Origin: Amoebidium appalachense | Lineage: Eukaryota > Protista > Ichthyosporea | Direction: 5' to 3' | Assembly (NCBI GenBank): GCA_963693365.1 | Contig: CAVNZM010000001.1 | Location: 4,480,907-4,544,906 of the forward strand | Length of the DNA stretch: 64,000 nucleotides | Shown here: positions 55,511-64,000 of the stretch, one piece after another | How the letters are laid out: each line of letters opens with the position of its first letter | Position numbering within the stretch: position 1 is the stretch's first letter | Translations under genes and position numbers: made by a program | The notes under the pieces: generated by a model | The model's input: the letters and a program-made list of their open reading frames with translations, nothing else | Database searches by the model: none | What the model was told of the DNA's origin: nothing

Positions 55511-56165
55511 GATTGGCTCATGGAAAAAGACTTTGCTCAAAAATGTTACAGCCAATCAGTGTACAGAATCAGTTCTATATAAGGCTAAAAATACTTTCTA
55601 ATTTCGGAAAAAATTGCTGATTGGCTGGATGTTCTGACCGAAAACGGTTTTTTCGATTGGTTTGCGGCTTGAACTTGCTTCAAAGTGGAAGTTTTTCTTA
55701 CAATAAATCCAGTATCCACTTCCTTTCATTAGCGGCTAAGTGCGATAACATATAAAGCTGCTATATTCTTTCTTTCTGCTTTCGATGTAGTTAGAATAAA
55801 TATTTGTTGCGGCCTTCTCCCATGTGCTGTTGCCACAAGTGTGACCAGACCCGGCTCGACAGCGACGCCCACGCGTCACCGTGACTAGATCTGCGGTCAT
55901 TGGATGTGCAATAAGTTGGGGCACAGATTAGGCAGAGTATCACAGACGTGCGTATTTGTATTTCACGCCTATGCATAATCAATCTTGTAACTGACATAAC
56001 GACAACGTTTTCCAAGCATTCACGCACATTATAGACCATGCTTTACAGCTATCTGCCCGCCCCGGTATTTGAACGAAAAAGGTAATCGAAAACAAACGAT
56101 GATTGGATACATAAAAAAGGCGTTTTTTGGATTGGCCCTCTACTTTGGTGCTTGTTCATCCAATC
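55511..56165. promoter_or_regulatory. CCAAT-box cluster between divergent PNP and SLC10A7-like genes
   Basis: ATTGG/CCAAT at ~55512, 55552, 55620, 55656, 55899, 56102, 56131 and 56160; TATATAA at ~55576. Confidence 0.45.
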
Positions 56166-56198
56166 AACCATGGCACGCACTGTCACGACTCACGAGTA

Positions 56199-56525
56199 AT
56201 GATAGAGGAGTTGGGCCTCTGTGGCCTCTGACCCGGAAATGACCCGGACCTGAGAATAAGACCCATTCACAAATTCAAAGTTGGTTGTGGGACGTTATGA
56301 CATCCCCCCGGCCTGGAAGACGGCGTCCCGACGTCTTTGACGCCTCTGCGCTCGCTTCCCAGGCCAGGTCAACCCAGAGGTACGCATGGACGTATCGTAC
56401 CTTCTCTGCTACCAAGTCATGATAGAGGAGTTGGGCCTCTGTGGCCTCTGACCCGGAAATGGCCCGGACCTGAGAATAAGACCTATTCACAAATTCAGGG
56501 TTGATTGTGGGGCGTTCAATTGACA
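56199..56525. repeat. Two ~100-bp diverged direct repeats, period 220 bp
   Basis: atgatagaggagttgggcctctgtggcctctgacccggaaatg.cccggacctgagaataagacc.attcacaaattca at 56199 and 56419. Confidence 0.9.
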
Positions 56526-57306
56526 CACGAAGACACGGTCTCTGAGGCTTTGAGCGGGAGACCGAATCGGGCTGTAGGTAAGAAGACTAAACACTAAACA
56601 TTACTGTAGCCTTAGGACAACCAGTGTTTACCAAATATTACCCACAAAATACCCACGTAAAAGTGCTACAGCACTTAGCGTCATCAATAAATTGCTTTTT
56701 TCATCATCATCCCATTGCAGGATCCTTTGGTCTTGCCAACCGAGCTGCACAGGCAGGGAGCCCTACCTTCCATGGTCACGATCCCGACATGATAAATGAG
56801 CAGACGAGTCGGCGTTTTGTCTCTTGACCATGTATAGACCGTGAAAATTTTGACCTTTTGCGTCTGCAAGATATTGGGGCATATGAACAGGCAGCGGGAA
56901 AGTGCTCCGCGCCCCATTTCATTTCAACTAAGGGGGCTGCAACTTCTGACGAAGTGACGAAATTCGCAATTGTTCAGAAGTTGCTTGGATTTGATCAGGT
57001 GGCGAGCATATGGAACAAACAGTACACCGACTGTTGGAAGCAATTTTTCTTCTTCACCTTTCCGCCCTCGTGCGGGAACATACCAGGAGCAGCTCATAGA
57101 GTGATGCCTACATCTTCACCTCGATAATAGGTCCAACAATGAAGCTAGCTGTTTCCTGAATTTGCAGTTTTGCGTGTGTACTCTGTGTACTCTGGTGTCT
57201 TTGACCTTTCGGCCGCCTTCGTTCCAAAGAATTACAGTTAGTGTAGCACAGAGTTGACACGGCAGCGCTCACTGACAATTTCAACGCCACCATCTGGGAC
57301 GGCAAC

Positions 57307-63943
<6,637 letters not shown>

Positions 63944-64000
63944 CGTGTTTTTAAATCCCAAGTAGGATTGGCCTCTTATTGTTTTATAATGAATGATCAA

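Noticed and set aside
56939-56984. Perfect 11-bp inverted repeat GCAACTTCTGA/TCAGAAGTTGC
   Set aside because: An isolated hairpin with no second copy or context; compatible with chance.

Overview
Eukaryotic, intron-rich genomic DNA saturated with poly-G/poly-C, (CA)n/(TG)n and (GA)n tracts. The gene content looks opisthokont/holozoan-like, but the taxon cannot be fixed from this window. Most entries in the ORF track are microsatellite artefacts. Reading across GT-AG introns by hand gives a CDF/ZnT zinc transporter (-), a TLDc/Oxr1-like gene (-), a coiled-coil protein gene (-), purine nucleoside phosphorylase (-) and an SLC10A7-like transporter (+). There is also an intronless GPR1/FUN34/YaaH acetate transporter (+) and a frameshifted F-box/LRR gene (-). 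The mobile DNA is the most unusual part. (1) An intact two-ORF APE-RT LINE is bounded by a 9-bp TSD. It starts with a tRNA-Gly 5' half plus B-box-like tandem repeats and ends about 190 bp beyond an internal (CA)n+poly(A) at AAACCCC; a 5'-truncated copy ends at the same point. (2) A family of variably truncated elements is anchored in poly-G/C tracts. (3) A small poly(A) retro-insertion has a 17-bp TSD. (4) A long-TIR element lies upstream of the ZnT gene. Also notable are a pair of diverged, structure-conserving intronic hairpins and many 3' splice sites with (CA)n in place of a polypyrimidine tract. No searches were run; family assignments rest on recognised motifs.
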